This document shows, in pieces, positions 35,217 through 47,172 of a DNA stretch of 64,000 nt. The notes beneath the pieces were generated by a model. The model was not told the DNA's origin. It worked only from the letters and a program-made list of their open reading frames with translations, and ran no database searches. Numbering within the stretch: the first letter of the stretch is position 1; every line of letters starts with the position of its first letter. The stretch comes from the human T2T-CHM13v2.0 reference genome, Homo sapiens: NCBI RefSeq assembly GCF_009914755.1, contig NC_060940.1, one strand, 5' to 3'. The translations under genes were made by a program, and so were the position numbers.

Positions 35217-38200
35217 TGGTGGATGGGTAGGTGGACGGATGGATGGGTAGATGGATGGATGGATGGATGGATGGATGGATGGATGGATGGATGGGTGGGT
35301 GGGTGGGTGGATGGATGGATGGATGGATGGATGTGTGGTTGGAGGGCTGGGTGGATGAGTGGGTGGATGGACAGATGGATGAGTGGGTCGGTGGGTGGGT
35401 AGGTGGGTGGATGGATGGGTGGGTGGATAATGGGTGGATGATGGGTGGATGGGTGGATGCATGGGTAGATGGATGGGTGGATGGTTGTGTGAGTAGATGG
35501 GTAGATGGACAGATGTGTAGGTAAATGGATGGATGGCTGGGTGGATGGATGGATGGATGGATGGATGGATGGATGGATGGATGGATGGTTGGATAGGTGG
35601 GTGGATGGATGAGTGGGTGAGTGGGTGAAGGAGGGGTGGATAGACTAATGGATGGATAAATGAGTGGGTGAATGGATGGACAGGTGGATGGATAGGTGGG
35701 TAGATGGATGGTGGATAAGTGGATGGATGGGAGGATAACCAGGTGGATGGATGGATAGATGTATGGGTGGATGGATGAGTGGGTGGGTGGATAGATGGAT
35801 GGATGAATGAATGGGTGGGTGGCTGAAAGGGTGGGTGGGTAGATGGATGGATGAATGAATGGGTGGGTGGCTGAAAGGGTGGGTGGGTAGATGGATGGAT
35901 GGATGGATGAGTGGGTGAGTGGGTAAAGGAGGGGTGGATAGATGGATGAGTGGATAGATGAATGGATGGATAGGTGGATGGATAAATGAGTGGGTGAGGC
36001 CAGGCGCAGTGGCTCATGCCTGTAATCCCAGCACTTTGGGAGGCCGAGGTGGGCGGATCATGAAGTCAGGAGATCGAGACCATCCTGGCTAACATGGTGA
36101 AACCCCGTCTCTATTAAAAAAAAATTAGCCGGGCATGGTGGCGGGCGCCTGTAGCCCCAGCTACTCGGGAGGCTGAGGCAGGAGAATGGTGTGAACCCGG
36201 GAGGCGGAGCTTGCGGTAAGCCAAGGTGGCACCACTGCACTCCAGCCTAGGCGACAGAGCGAGACTCCGTCTCAAAAAAAAAAAAAATGAGTGGGTGAAT
36301 GCGTAGATAGGTGGATGGGTGGGTGAGTAGATGGATGGTGGATAAGTGGATGGATGGGAGGATAACCAGGTGGATGGATGGATAGATGTATGGGTGGATG
36401 GATGAGTGGGTGGGTGGATAGATGGATGGATGAATGAATGGGTAGGTGGCTGACAGGGTGGGTAGGTGCGTGGATGGATGGATGGATGATGGGTGGATGG
36501 GTGGATGCATGGATAGATGGATGGTGGGTGGATGGGTGGGTAGATGGGTAGATGGACAGATGTGTAGGTAGATGGATTGACAGCTGGGTGGATGGATAGA
36601 TGGATGAGTGGATGGATGGATGGATGGAAGGATGGATAGTGGGTAGATGGACGGATGGTTGGGTAGGTAGCTGGTGGATAAGTGGATGGATGGGAGGATA
36701 ACCAGGTGGATGGATGGATAGATATATGGGTGGATGGATGAGTGGGTGGGTGGATGGATGGGTGGATTGATGGACGGATGGATGGATGGATGGATGGCTG
36801 AGAGGGTGGATGGATGGATGGATGGATGGATGGATGGATGGATGATGGGTGGATGGGTGGATGCATGGGTGGGTGGATGGGAGGGTAGATGGGTAGATGG
36901 ACAGATGTGTAGGTAGATGGATTGACGGTTGGGTGGATGGATAGATGGATGAGTGGAGGGATGGATGGATGGAAGGATGGATAGTGGGTAGATGGATGGA
37001 TGGTTGGGTAGCTAGCTGGTGGATAAGTGGATGGATGGGAGGATAACCAGGTGGATGGATGGATAGACGTATGGGTGGATGGATGAGTGGGTGGGTGGAT
37101 GGATGGGTGGATGGATAGATGGATGGATGGATGGATGGATGGATGGATGGATGGCTGAGAGTGTGGGTGGATGGGTGGATGGATGGATGGATGGGTGGAT
37201 GGATGGATGGATGGATGATGGGTGGATGCATGGGTGGGTGGATGGGTGGGTGGATGGGAGGGTAAATGGGTAGATGGACAGATGTGTAGGTAGATGGATT
37301 GATGGCTGGGTGGATGGATAGATGGATGAGTGGAGGGATGGATGGATGGATGGATGGATGGGTGGGTGAGTGGGTGAAGGAGTGGATAGATGGATGAGTG
37401 GATAGATGAATGGATGAGTGGATGGATGAATGGATGGATAGATGGATAGGTGGATGGATAAGTGAGTGGGTGAATGGGTGGATAGATGGATGGATGGATG
37501 GATAGATGCATGGTGGATGGATAACCAGGTGGATGGATGGATAGACATATGGGTGGATGGATGAGTGGGTGGGTAGATAGATGAATGGATGAATGAGTGG
37601 GTGGGTGGCTGAAAGGATGGATGGATGGATGGATGGATGAATGGGAGGGTGGGTGGATGGATGGATGGATGGGAGAGTGGGTGGATGCATGATTAGGTGG
37701 GTGAGTGGATGATGGATAGGTGGATGGATGGATGGGTGGATGGATGGGAGGGTGGGTGGGTGGATGGACAGATGGATGGGAGGGTGGGTGGATGATGGAT
37801 AGGTGGATGAATAGATGGACAGATGGATGGTGGGTGGATGGATGGATAGGAGGGTGGGTGGGTGGATGATGGACAGGTGGATGAATGGATGGACAGATAG
37901 ATGGTGGGTAGATGGATGTGTGGATGGGTGGGTAGATGGGTAGATGGAGAGATGTGTAGGTAGATGGATTGACGGCTGGGTAGATGGATAGATGGATGAG
38001 TGGATGGATGGATGAATGGATGGATGGATGGATGGATAGTGGGTAGGTGGATGGATGGGTGGGTAGATAGCTGGTGGATAAGTGGATGGATGGGAGGATA
38101 ACCAGGTGGATGTATGCATGAATACATGTATGGGTGGATGGATGAGTGGGTGGGTGGATAGATGGATGGATGAATGAATGGGTGGGTGGCTGAGAAGGTG

Positions 38201-39180
38201 GATGGATGGATGACGGGTGAATGGGTGGATGCATGGGTAGATGGGTGGGTGGATGGGTGGGTAGATGGGTAGATGGACAGATGAGTAGGTAGATGGATTG
38301 ACGGCTGGGTGGATGGATAGATGGATGAGTGGATGGATGGATGGATAGATAGGTAGGTGGATGGATGCGTGGGTGAGTGGGTGAAGGAGGGGTGGATAGA
38401 TGGATGAGTGGATAGATGAATAGATGGGTGGATGGATGAGTGGATGGATAGATGGATAGGTGGATGGATAAATGAGTGGGTGAATGGGTGGATAGATGGA
38501 TGGATAGGTGGGTAGATGGATGGTGGATGGATGGACAGATGTATGGGTGGATGGATGAGTGGGTGGGTAGGTGGATAGATGAATGGATGAATGAATGGGT
38601 GGGTGGCTGAAAGGATGGATGGATGGATGGATGGATGGATGGATGGATGGATGGGAGGGTGAGTGGGTGGATGGATGATTAGGTGGGTGGGTGGATGGTG
38701 GATAGATGGATGGGTGGATGGATGGGAGGGTGGGTGGATGGGTGGATGGATGGATTATTAGGTGGATGGGTGGGTGGATGGAGGGATGGGTGGGTAGATG
38801 GATGGATGGATGGGAGGGTGGGTGGATGGATGGATGATTGGGTGGATGGATGGATGAATAGATGGATGGGTGGGTGGATGGATGGATGGATGGATGGGAG
38901 GGAGGGAGGGAGTGTGGGTGGGTGGATGGATGGACGGATGGATGGGAGGGAGGGAGGGAGTGTGGGTGGATGGATGGATGGATGATTCGGTGGGTGGGTG
39001 GATGATTAGGTGGGTGGGTGGATGATGGACAGGTGGGTGGATGGATGGATGGATGGGAGGGTGGGTGGGTGGATGGATGATTATGTAGGTGGGTAGATGA
39101 TGGACAGGTGGATGGATGGATGGGAGGGTGGGTGGATGATGGACAGGTGGATGGATGCATGGATGGATGGATGGATGAAT
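35217..39180 (+). repeat. ~4-kb complex (GGAT/GGGT)n tract with higher-order units and a nested AluY
   Basis: Continuous ggat/gggt/gaat tetramers with recurring marker blocks. Confidence 0.98.
35998..36287 (+). mobile_element. AluY nested in the GGAT tract
   Basis: gagatcgagaccatcctggctaac and ggagcttgc diagnostics; TSD AAATGAGTGGGTGA at 35984-35997 and 36285-36298. Confidence 0.96.
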
Positions 39181-39199
39181 ATATGGCCTGAGGCCAACC

Positions 39200-39930
39200 T
39201 CAGTGTTCCCTCCCCCATGCCGTTCCCTCCTCTGTGCTGTTTCCCACTGCCACTCCATGCTGTTTCCCCCGCCTCCATGCTGTTCCCTCCTCCGTGCTGT
39301 GAAAACTAAAGGGAGAGTGGCCTGACTCAGCTCCCCAAGCCCAGCCTTCCCCTCCTATGAGATCAGGTTCTGCCATGGTGATGACCCCTGACGCCAGGCT
39401 CTGGGGCTCCCTGCATGGTTTCAGAGGACTGCTCAGACCCTGTGGTGCCTCCAGGGGTCCCAGCCCCATCCCCAGGTGAGAAAGCCTCAGGCCATCGTGG
39501 GTCAGGGACCCCCCGCTAAGGTATCCTGAGCACCAACACCATGTTCCCTCCCCCGTGCTGTTCCCCCAACCCGTGCTGTTCCCTCCCTCATGCTGTTCCC
39601 TCTCCCCTGTGCTGTTCCCCCAACCCATGCTGTTCCTTCCCTCATGCTGTTCCCCCAACCCGTGCTATTCCCTCCCCCGTGCTGTTCCCTCCCCTGTGCT
39701 GTTCCCCCAACCCGTGCTGTTCCCTCCCTCATGCTGTTCCCTCTCCCCTGTGCTGTTCCCCCTCCCCTGTGCTGTTCCCACACCCTGTGCTGTTCCCTCC
39801 CCTGTGCTGTTCCCACACCCTGTGCTGTTCCCTCCCCTGTGCTGTTCCCTCCCCTGTGCTGTTCCCTCCCCTATGCTGTTCCCTCTCCATGCTGTTCCCT
39901 CCTCTCTGTTTCCTCCCCCGTGCTGTTCCT
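39200..39930 (+). repeat. C-rich 17-21-bp minisatellite (CCCCTGTGCTGTTCCCT), blocks 39200-39300 and 39535-39930
   Basis: Repeated tgctgttccc cores. Confidence 0.93.
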
Positions 39931-40589
39931 TGGCCCCCTCGTATCCACACCCTCCCCTCCTCACCCTCCAGGTCTCGGCCAACATCCTGGCACAGCCACC
40001 CCCACTCCCCGTCTCAGCCTGTCCCGTGTCTCTGTCGCTGCCCCTCCAGGTGCCTACCTGCTATTTCTGGGCGGCTCCACACTCCAGGACTCACGGGAGA
40101 TGCAGTTCTGTTCACTGTGTTCCCCACACCTGGCAACAGCTGGTGCACAAGGCCTGCCTGCCGGATAAGGGAGTGAGTGAGTGTGTGACCCAGTGGATGA
40201 AGTGGCAGCAGCAAGGCGGCAGGGGTCTCACGGACCTGGCTTGTAGTCGTGCAGGCCTCAGGCCCTCACCTGGGAAGTGTACTCCTTGCATGGTCGAGGG
40301 AGACAGAGGCACTGAGGGACCAGCTGGTGCCTCTGTTAAGGTGATGGGGAGGTGGAGGACTTCTCAGGGTGGGCTGGAGGAAAGACGGGCTGGGGCCTCA
40401 GCAGCCTCAGCCTCAGCCTCAGCTCCCACCCTCCCGTGAACCTGCTGCTGGCCCACTACCCCGCAGTGTCCTGGGGATGACCAAGCAGCCCCACGGGGCT
40501 TCTGCAGGACCGGCCGTTTGGCTCCATGGGCCGGGCCACCCCAGCAGCCCTGCAAGCTGCTTCAGAGCTTCACAGCGAGGTTTGGGAAC

Positions 40590-40650
40590 GGCCTCAGATA
40601 AAGTTGTCACAGCGGATGCTGCACAGATAGGGTTTCCGATGGCTATCGGT
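40590..40650. promoter_or_regulatory. Compact GATA triplet, intron 4
   Basis: AGATAA 40596, AGATAG 40625, CTATCG 40643. Confidence 0.6.
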
Positions 40651-40908
40651 GCCACCGCAGAATCAAGACACTGACCTCTTTGTTGGGGGAAACAAGGAAC
40701 ATTCTCAGGTCCGCCCGGGGAATTTAAAGTGGCCACTGCTGGTGGGGCCGGCCAGGGCCCAGAGGAGGGACAGGGCAACCCCAAGGGGCGGCAAACAGGG
40801 TGGGCTCTAGCGTCCTCCGTGGACCCTGGACACACCTGCCTGACCAGGCTGGGTGCCGAGCCTGTGGCACCCTGGGAGGGAAGATGGCCGCAGCACCCAC
40901 ATCTCTGA

Positions 40909-41260
<352 letters not shown>

Positions 41261-41789
41261 TAGGCCCCCTTCCCCCTTGCTCCCCAGTGCCCACAGGCAG
41301 AGCAGGGTCAGGAAGGGCCTGCAGCACCAGAGAAAGGGCTTCTGTTCCAGGCTGATCAGAGGTGGGGAAACAAGAAGAGACAGAAAAAAATCAACAGGCA
41401 GACCCGTGCCCGGCCAGCCCCTCCGCAAGGGAAGCAGAAGCTGAAATTGGCTTCCTGCCCCAGCGTCTCCTGGCCGCGGCCCCAGCAGTGGCTCCCAGGA
41501 TGGGCGGGTGGCCCCGGGCTGGCTTCAGGGGTCCGGCCACTTGGCACCGGGCAAGACCCTGGTTCAGGGCTGGCCGTGTCCATGCCACCTCCAGGCTGGG
41601 GACCCTGGTGGCCCCAGGCGAGGCTGTGCTCACCTGTCCCCTGAGAGGTGTCAGGGTGGCCCCTGCATCCTCAGCAGCCAGGGCAGACTGGCAGGGAGGC
41701 CCTCACCCCTTCCCAGCCTGTGGTCGCAGAAGTAGGAGCGGCAGGCCCCTCTGAGAGTGTTTGGCAGTGGGGGCCGTGGCAGGGTGGCC

Positions 41790-42240
41790 GGAGCTGCTTA
41801 TCTTGCACCCCTAGGTCTCCTACCTGTTCCCTCCCGGGTCGGGGGCGGGTGCCGGATGGGAGCCTCACCCTCCTTCCCCCTGCCCCTCCCCACCCGCACA
41901 GCCAGGCCAGGCGCCCCGTCGTGCCCCACATACGCGGGGTGCACTCGGCGGGGCCGGGCGGGAACATGGCGCCTGCCCTCCACTCGGGACCGCCACAGAA
42001 AAATCGGGGGTGCGTGCAGCGTCAGCACAGTTGCGGCGCGTGTTTTTATCATGCTGGGAACACGCTGCTCCTGGGAGTGATAAGCATTAAACCGGCCGGC
42101 AGGCTGTCAGTCTCAGTTTGAGGGTTTAGAAATATTGGGACGAATAATTAGATTTCATATCGTTACCGCAGCACCCATCGGAGGATCAAGCAGATTAATT
42201 TTTTTCACCCTCCTCTGCTCATTAATATTCATTAGAGGCT
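41790..42240. promoter_or_regulatory. GATA plus TAAT-rich candidate conserved enhancer, intron 4
   Basis: TTATCT 41798, TTATCA 42046, TGATAA 42078; multiple ATTA/TAAT homeobox cores 42140-42235 next to a CpG-rich patch. Confidence 0.65.
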
Positions 42241-44858
42241 CAGGAAGGCCAGGGTGGGGAGGGCCAGGCCCCAGCAGCCTCGCCGAGCGCTGCCCGCCTG
42301 GCTCGGGAGCAGCCGGGACACAGTAGCCGCCGGTCACCCACCTTTGTGCCAGGAATGTGCCTGCCCATTGCCCCTGGGGTTTACCCCCCAGCCTGCCCCA
42401 GCAGAAGCCCCCATCGGAGCCGGCAGAGCCCCACAGCTGGCGTGCAGTTCCTGAGCCCTGCTCTGCGGCCCTGGGAATCACGGGGGTGTCCTTTAAAAGG
42501 GGGGCACCCACCCGATGCCAGCCTGCACAAAGCACCTTTCTCGGGGCAGCCACTCACCACAGTGGACACTCAGCATGTGCTGCCCCGGACATGCCCTGTG
42601 GACGGCACCCCATGCCCACTTTGTCCTGCCAGGTCAACCCAAAAGCAACAGCCAGGGCTGGAGCTAATATGCATCCTGTGCTGGGAACCTGCCAGGCAGG
42701 CAAAAAGCTTCACACAGATCATGGCCTCCCAACATACCGGGAGGAAACTGAGTCAAAGGAGATAGGACTGACCCCCCTGAGACTGCCCCAAAGGCTAATG
42801 GTGGGCTTCAGGTGGGTCCAGAGTGAGCAGGGGCTCGGCCGCCCCTCTGTCCCCCCAACAGCCATGTGGGGAGAGGGCAGAGCCCCGTCTGCAGAGGAGA
42901 ACCTGAGCCAGGGGTTGGGGTGGCTGCTGGGGACGGCTTCACACTGGGACTGCAGGGTTGCACCCACCCCAGCCAGGGCACCCACCCCACTGGCCAGCTT
43001 AGCTCTGCTCACCCATTCTGTGGCTGAGCCGTGTGGTAGCAGGCAGGTGACGTGGAAGCCACCTGCTCTGCTGGCCAGCCCGCCTGAACCTTGCCTGAGT
43101 AGTCACTGAACGTCCCAGCCCAAAGGCTGTATCTTGCTAGATTCCTGAGTGCCCTGCGGATGGGCCAAGAGGCAGGGGTGGCCCAGAGGGGTCCCTGCAT
43201 ACGGGTCTGGTCGTGCCCTGCCCAAGGTCGCAGCAGGGAGGCCGAGCCTGGCTGGGACCCCACTGCCCACCTCTGCGGCCCACAGGGTCCCACGCGTGCT
43301 GGCAAAGTCCAGGAAAGCTCATGGGCTGGCACCTAGTGGGGAGGTACCCCAGACCCACAGGGGACATCCCTGCACTGTCACCAGCCCGGCCCCTTATACC
43401 ATGGCAGGGTTGGGCTGACTGCCATCCTCACCACAGGGCTGCACAAACCTGTCCCGGGCCAGCGGCAGCATTTGTAGGTGACACTGGCTTTTCAGGCAAA
43501 GGTCATGGTGCAGGAAGTTTCTGATTAAAAGGCATTCATTTGTATAGAACAAAAAGTGTGTTTACAGGAAGTGCTGGAGCACGCGTGTATGCTGTGCCTC
43601 CAGATTGGACACCCAGGTGGCTAAGCTTGGGGACCACCAGTGCAGTGAGCAGCACAGGGCTGAGGGTCAGGGCACTGAGGCTGAGTCAGCCTTGCAGGAG
43701 GGACCAAGGCCTGAGGGGCAGCGGCGGTCACCCCTTCCTCCGTCACCATTTTCTCCCCTTGATGTCTGACCAGTGTTGGGCACCACAGAGCGAGGCCATG
43801 GACTGCCCGCCCCACCTCGCCCTGTCCCAGCCCCCGACTGCACTGGGATGGGGCCCCTCGCATTTCCTCTGCCATTCAGCTGGGGGCCGGGGTGCAATGG
43901 ATGCAGGAAACGAGGCGGCCTCCACGGGCTCGGCCCAGAGTGTTTTCCTTCCAGACTTAGCCTGAGCCACCGCCGACAGCATGGCATGGCCCGAGGCACT
44001 GGCATGAGCTCTGTCCCTCCCCTTCCCAGGCCTCAGTTTCCTCACCCATGAGATGGAGAGGAGGGTACTGCCTGCTTTCCAGGGTGACAGTGAGGCCAGG
44101 GGGGCCAGGGCCGATCCAACACAGTGCTGGTGTCTCAGGCCCACAGGAAGGGGCCTGACCAGCCTCAGGGTGGGGACAGACCTGCTGAGTCCACCAGGTG
44201 CTCCCCAGCGTCCGCCGTGTGCCGGCCCCGGGAGCGAGCGGGAACGCAGGTGGCCCTGCCACGCCCTGTGGCAGGGAGGGGAGCCATGCTGTCAGGAGGA
44301 CACTGAGGCCCGAGGGTTGCTAGGGAAGTGCCGTATCTTCTGGGCTAATCTCGGCCCCAGCCCACAGAGGTCATTCTGGAGGCATCTAGGGCCTGTGTGG
44401 AAGGAGCCTCTACCAGGTCCAGCCCCTGTGGGAACAGCGGTTTCACACCCAGCACTCTGGGGGCAAGGGTGGGCGAGCAGTGGGGAGAACACAGATACAC
44501 AGATACGCAGACCCGGGTGTGAGTTCAGGCTCTGCTGCTCCCTGGCTGTGTGACCTGGAGCATGTTGATTGACGTCTTTGGGCCTCAGTCTCCACAAGAA
44601 CCCTGCGCCCAACCCTGGAAGGTACTACTCCCTGCCAAGCCTCCCAGCCCCAGCACGGTGTTAGCCCCACCGGTCAACTATGGCACAGATGGCCCATGCC
44701 ACACCTCTGCCAGCTCTTGGGCCAATGACTGTCCACAGCTTGGCCTACCAGCCAAGCCGGGAGGCAGATCCGTGTCACAGATGCCCCACATACTCACGGG
44801 AACCCCCAGGCAGGCTGCTGACGGACCCCTCCCCACGTGTTCCTACCCCCCCCCCCAG

Positions 44859-44961
44859 AGCCCAGCCCTGACCCTGCTGCTGGTGGACGAGGCCTGCTGG
44901 CTGAGGACGCTGCCCCAGGCCCTGACTGAGGCCGAGGCCAACACAGAGATCCACAGGAAGG
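44859..44961 (+). CDS. ZFPM1: ZFPM1 coding exon 5 (103 nt), PR-like domain part 2
   Basis: (C)11ag|AGCCCAGCC...AGGAAGG|gtcagt; SPALTLLLVDEACWLRTLPQALTEAEANTEIHRK. Confidence 0.95.
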
Positions 44962-46076
44962 GTCAGTATGACGCGGCACCTCCGTCCCAAGCCTTCCGGA
45001 AGGTGGGGGTCACTTGGCTCCCCCTGGGCTGAGCCCTTAAAGGGAAACCAGCCTGCTAGGGCAGGGGATGGGGCACAGGGAGCTGCTGGCCCCGGGCGCT
45101 GCAGCATGAGGCAGACACTCTACTGGGACCAGTCAGCCCAGACCATGAGTCCCTGTATGAGGGTCCCGACTGGCAGGCTGAGCCAGGACAGGTGTCCGTG
45201 GCGGGGGGGTGGGGGAGGATTCTGCCCCTCTGGGGGACACCGTGATCCCCGTATCTCCTCCCTGCCTTGGCTGCACCTCTGGGAACCCACCAAGGGCAGC
45301 AGCAGGGACCCCGACGCCAGACTGGCTGGCAGGTGCCACTGGACCATCCTCCATGTCATCAGGCTGGCTCCAGGAACGGTCAAGGTGGCCGTCCAGGAAG
45401 TCGAGGGGCCTTGCCGTGCTGCTGCTACTGAGGGTGGCACGTCTGGGCGGCCTGCACCTCCGAGCACCCGGGGATGAAGCGGGAGGCCCTCTGGGCTTAG
45501 GCAGGTCCACTGGCCAGTGGAGTCCCTGGCCCCAGTGCAGGGTGGGGACAGGCTGTGGTGCGCGTGAGCGGGCCGGCTCAGGCCTGAGGGCGGCACCGCA
45601 GGGGACACACAGCCCGGGCGCCCCAGGTGAACAAGCCGGCCCCGCGCAGCCTGGGCTTTGTGGGCTGAGGCTGCCCCCTGCGGGTGGCTGCAGGAAGAGC
45701 CGCCCTTGGACGGTTTCCTGGAGAGCCGGGTCCACTCTAGGGCCCCACCTCTGGCTGCCTTCCCTGAGTGGCCACCCAGGGTCTCCCCTAGTTACTCCAC
45801 CACCCGCCCTCCACGTCATCCCTTTCCTGGGAGACTTCCTCGGGGCCCTCCCACTAGGATGGGCCCAGAGCAAGGAGGCCTGGAGGCAGGCAGGCTGTGA
45901 GCACTCACAGGGGACCACCCAGCCTTGCCCCCCAGGCAGGATGGCCCTGGCAGCCAGCCAGCCATGGCTGTGAACCCGGGTGGCCGCTCTCCTGACCCCA
46001 TCCTCTGCCCCTTGTTTAAGACGGGACAGGGAAGTGGGGCACAAAGTCCTAGGTTTGGACACCTGTCTCCCTCCAG

Positions 46077-46283
46077 ATGACGCACTCTGGTGCAGGGTCA
46101 CCAAGCCGGTGCCTGCGGGGGGACTCCTGAGCGTGCTCCTCACGGCCGAGCCCCACAGCACCCCCGGCCACCCTGTGAAGAAGGAGCCAGCAGAGCCCAC
46201 GTGTCCGGCCCCTGCACACGACCTCCAGCTCCTGCCCCAGCAGGCCGGGATGGCCTCCATCCTTGCCACCGCAGTGATCAACA
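46077..46283 (+). CDS. ZFPM1: ZFPM1 coding exon 6 (207 nt)
   Basis: ctccag|ATGACGCA...ATCAACA|gtaagt; DDALWCRVTKPVPAGGLLSVLL...QQAGMASILATAVIN. Confidence 0.96.
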
Positions 46284-46779
46284 GTAAGTGCTGGGCTCTC
46301 CGCACCCAGGGCGGCTGCTCCACCAAGGAGGAGCAGGCAGGGCAGGAGAGGGTGGGAGCTGAGGGTGGGAAGCTCGGGGGCTGCAGGCTGCCGACAGAGT
46401 GAGAGGTAAGGCAGGGAAGGAGGTGACGTGGGTGGTCCCAGGTGCAGAACACATAGGGACAGGAGGGTCCCCAGAGCCCAGGGCCACCACAGGGAAAGCC
46501 CCTGCCAGCAGGCAAGCGGGCTTAGGCACAGACTCGGCTCTGCCCGGCACACCACACTAGAAGCCAGTGCTTTCCCTGGGGGCAGACGCGGGGGCGGCCC
46601 TGACTGTGGGCCAGAGCAGGACCCTCACCTCGGCCCTCCTGGCGTCTGGGGCCAGGTCACTCCACAGTGGAGGTCTCCCTGGGCACCACGGGGGGTGAGC
46701 AGCAGCCCTGGCCCCGGCCCACTAGGTGCTGCCACCACCTCCACCTCCAAGTTGTGACAACCAAGACATCTGTTGGTTG

Positions 46780-47172
46780 GGTTTTTGTTGTTTTTTTTCG
46801 AGACAAGGTCTCACTCTGTTACCCAGGATGGTCATAAAGTCCTAGTCTCAAGCCATCCTGCCTCAGCCTCCTAAGTAGCTGGGACTTCAGGCACACGCCA
46901 CCAAAATCTCTCTACACATGGCCATATGTCCCTGGGGACAGAGCCGCCCCTGGGGACAACTGAAGTGGACAGATGCCACTCTTGCAGTGGCTCTCTCGGA
47001 AACTCTGAGGGTGGCTGTGGGAATCATGAGTCACTCACCCCCGGCCGGGTACAGGAGCCATACCTGTGATCCCAGCACCGTGGGAGGCCGAGGCAGGAGG
47101 ACCGTTTGAGCCCAGGAGTTCAAGGCCAGACTGGGCAACACAGAAGATCCCATATCTGCCAAAACTTTGAAA
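46780..47172. mobile_element. Two old Alu monomers (FLAM/AluJ-like): antisense ~46780-46905 and sense ~47045-47172
   Basis: gagacaaggtctcactctgttacccagg...cctcagcctcctaagtagctggga; cctgtgatcccagcac...ttgagcccaggagttcaaggccagactgggcaacaca. Confidence 0.75.

Noticed and set aside
34746-39160. Very long minus-strand ORFs (962, 706 and 423 aa, HPSI-rich)
   Set aside because: They are translations of (TCCA/CCCA)n, which lacks stop codons; no domain structure, and they run into an Alu
45133-46515. 460-aa minus-strand ORF (likewise 57425-58615 and 47705-48616)
   Set aside because: No recognisable domain, non-ATG or weak starts, composition typical of random GC-rich DNA
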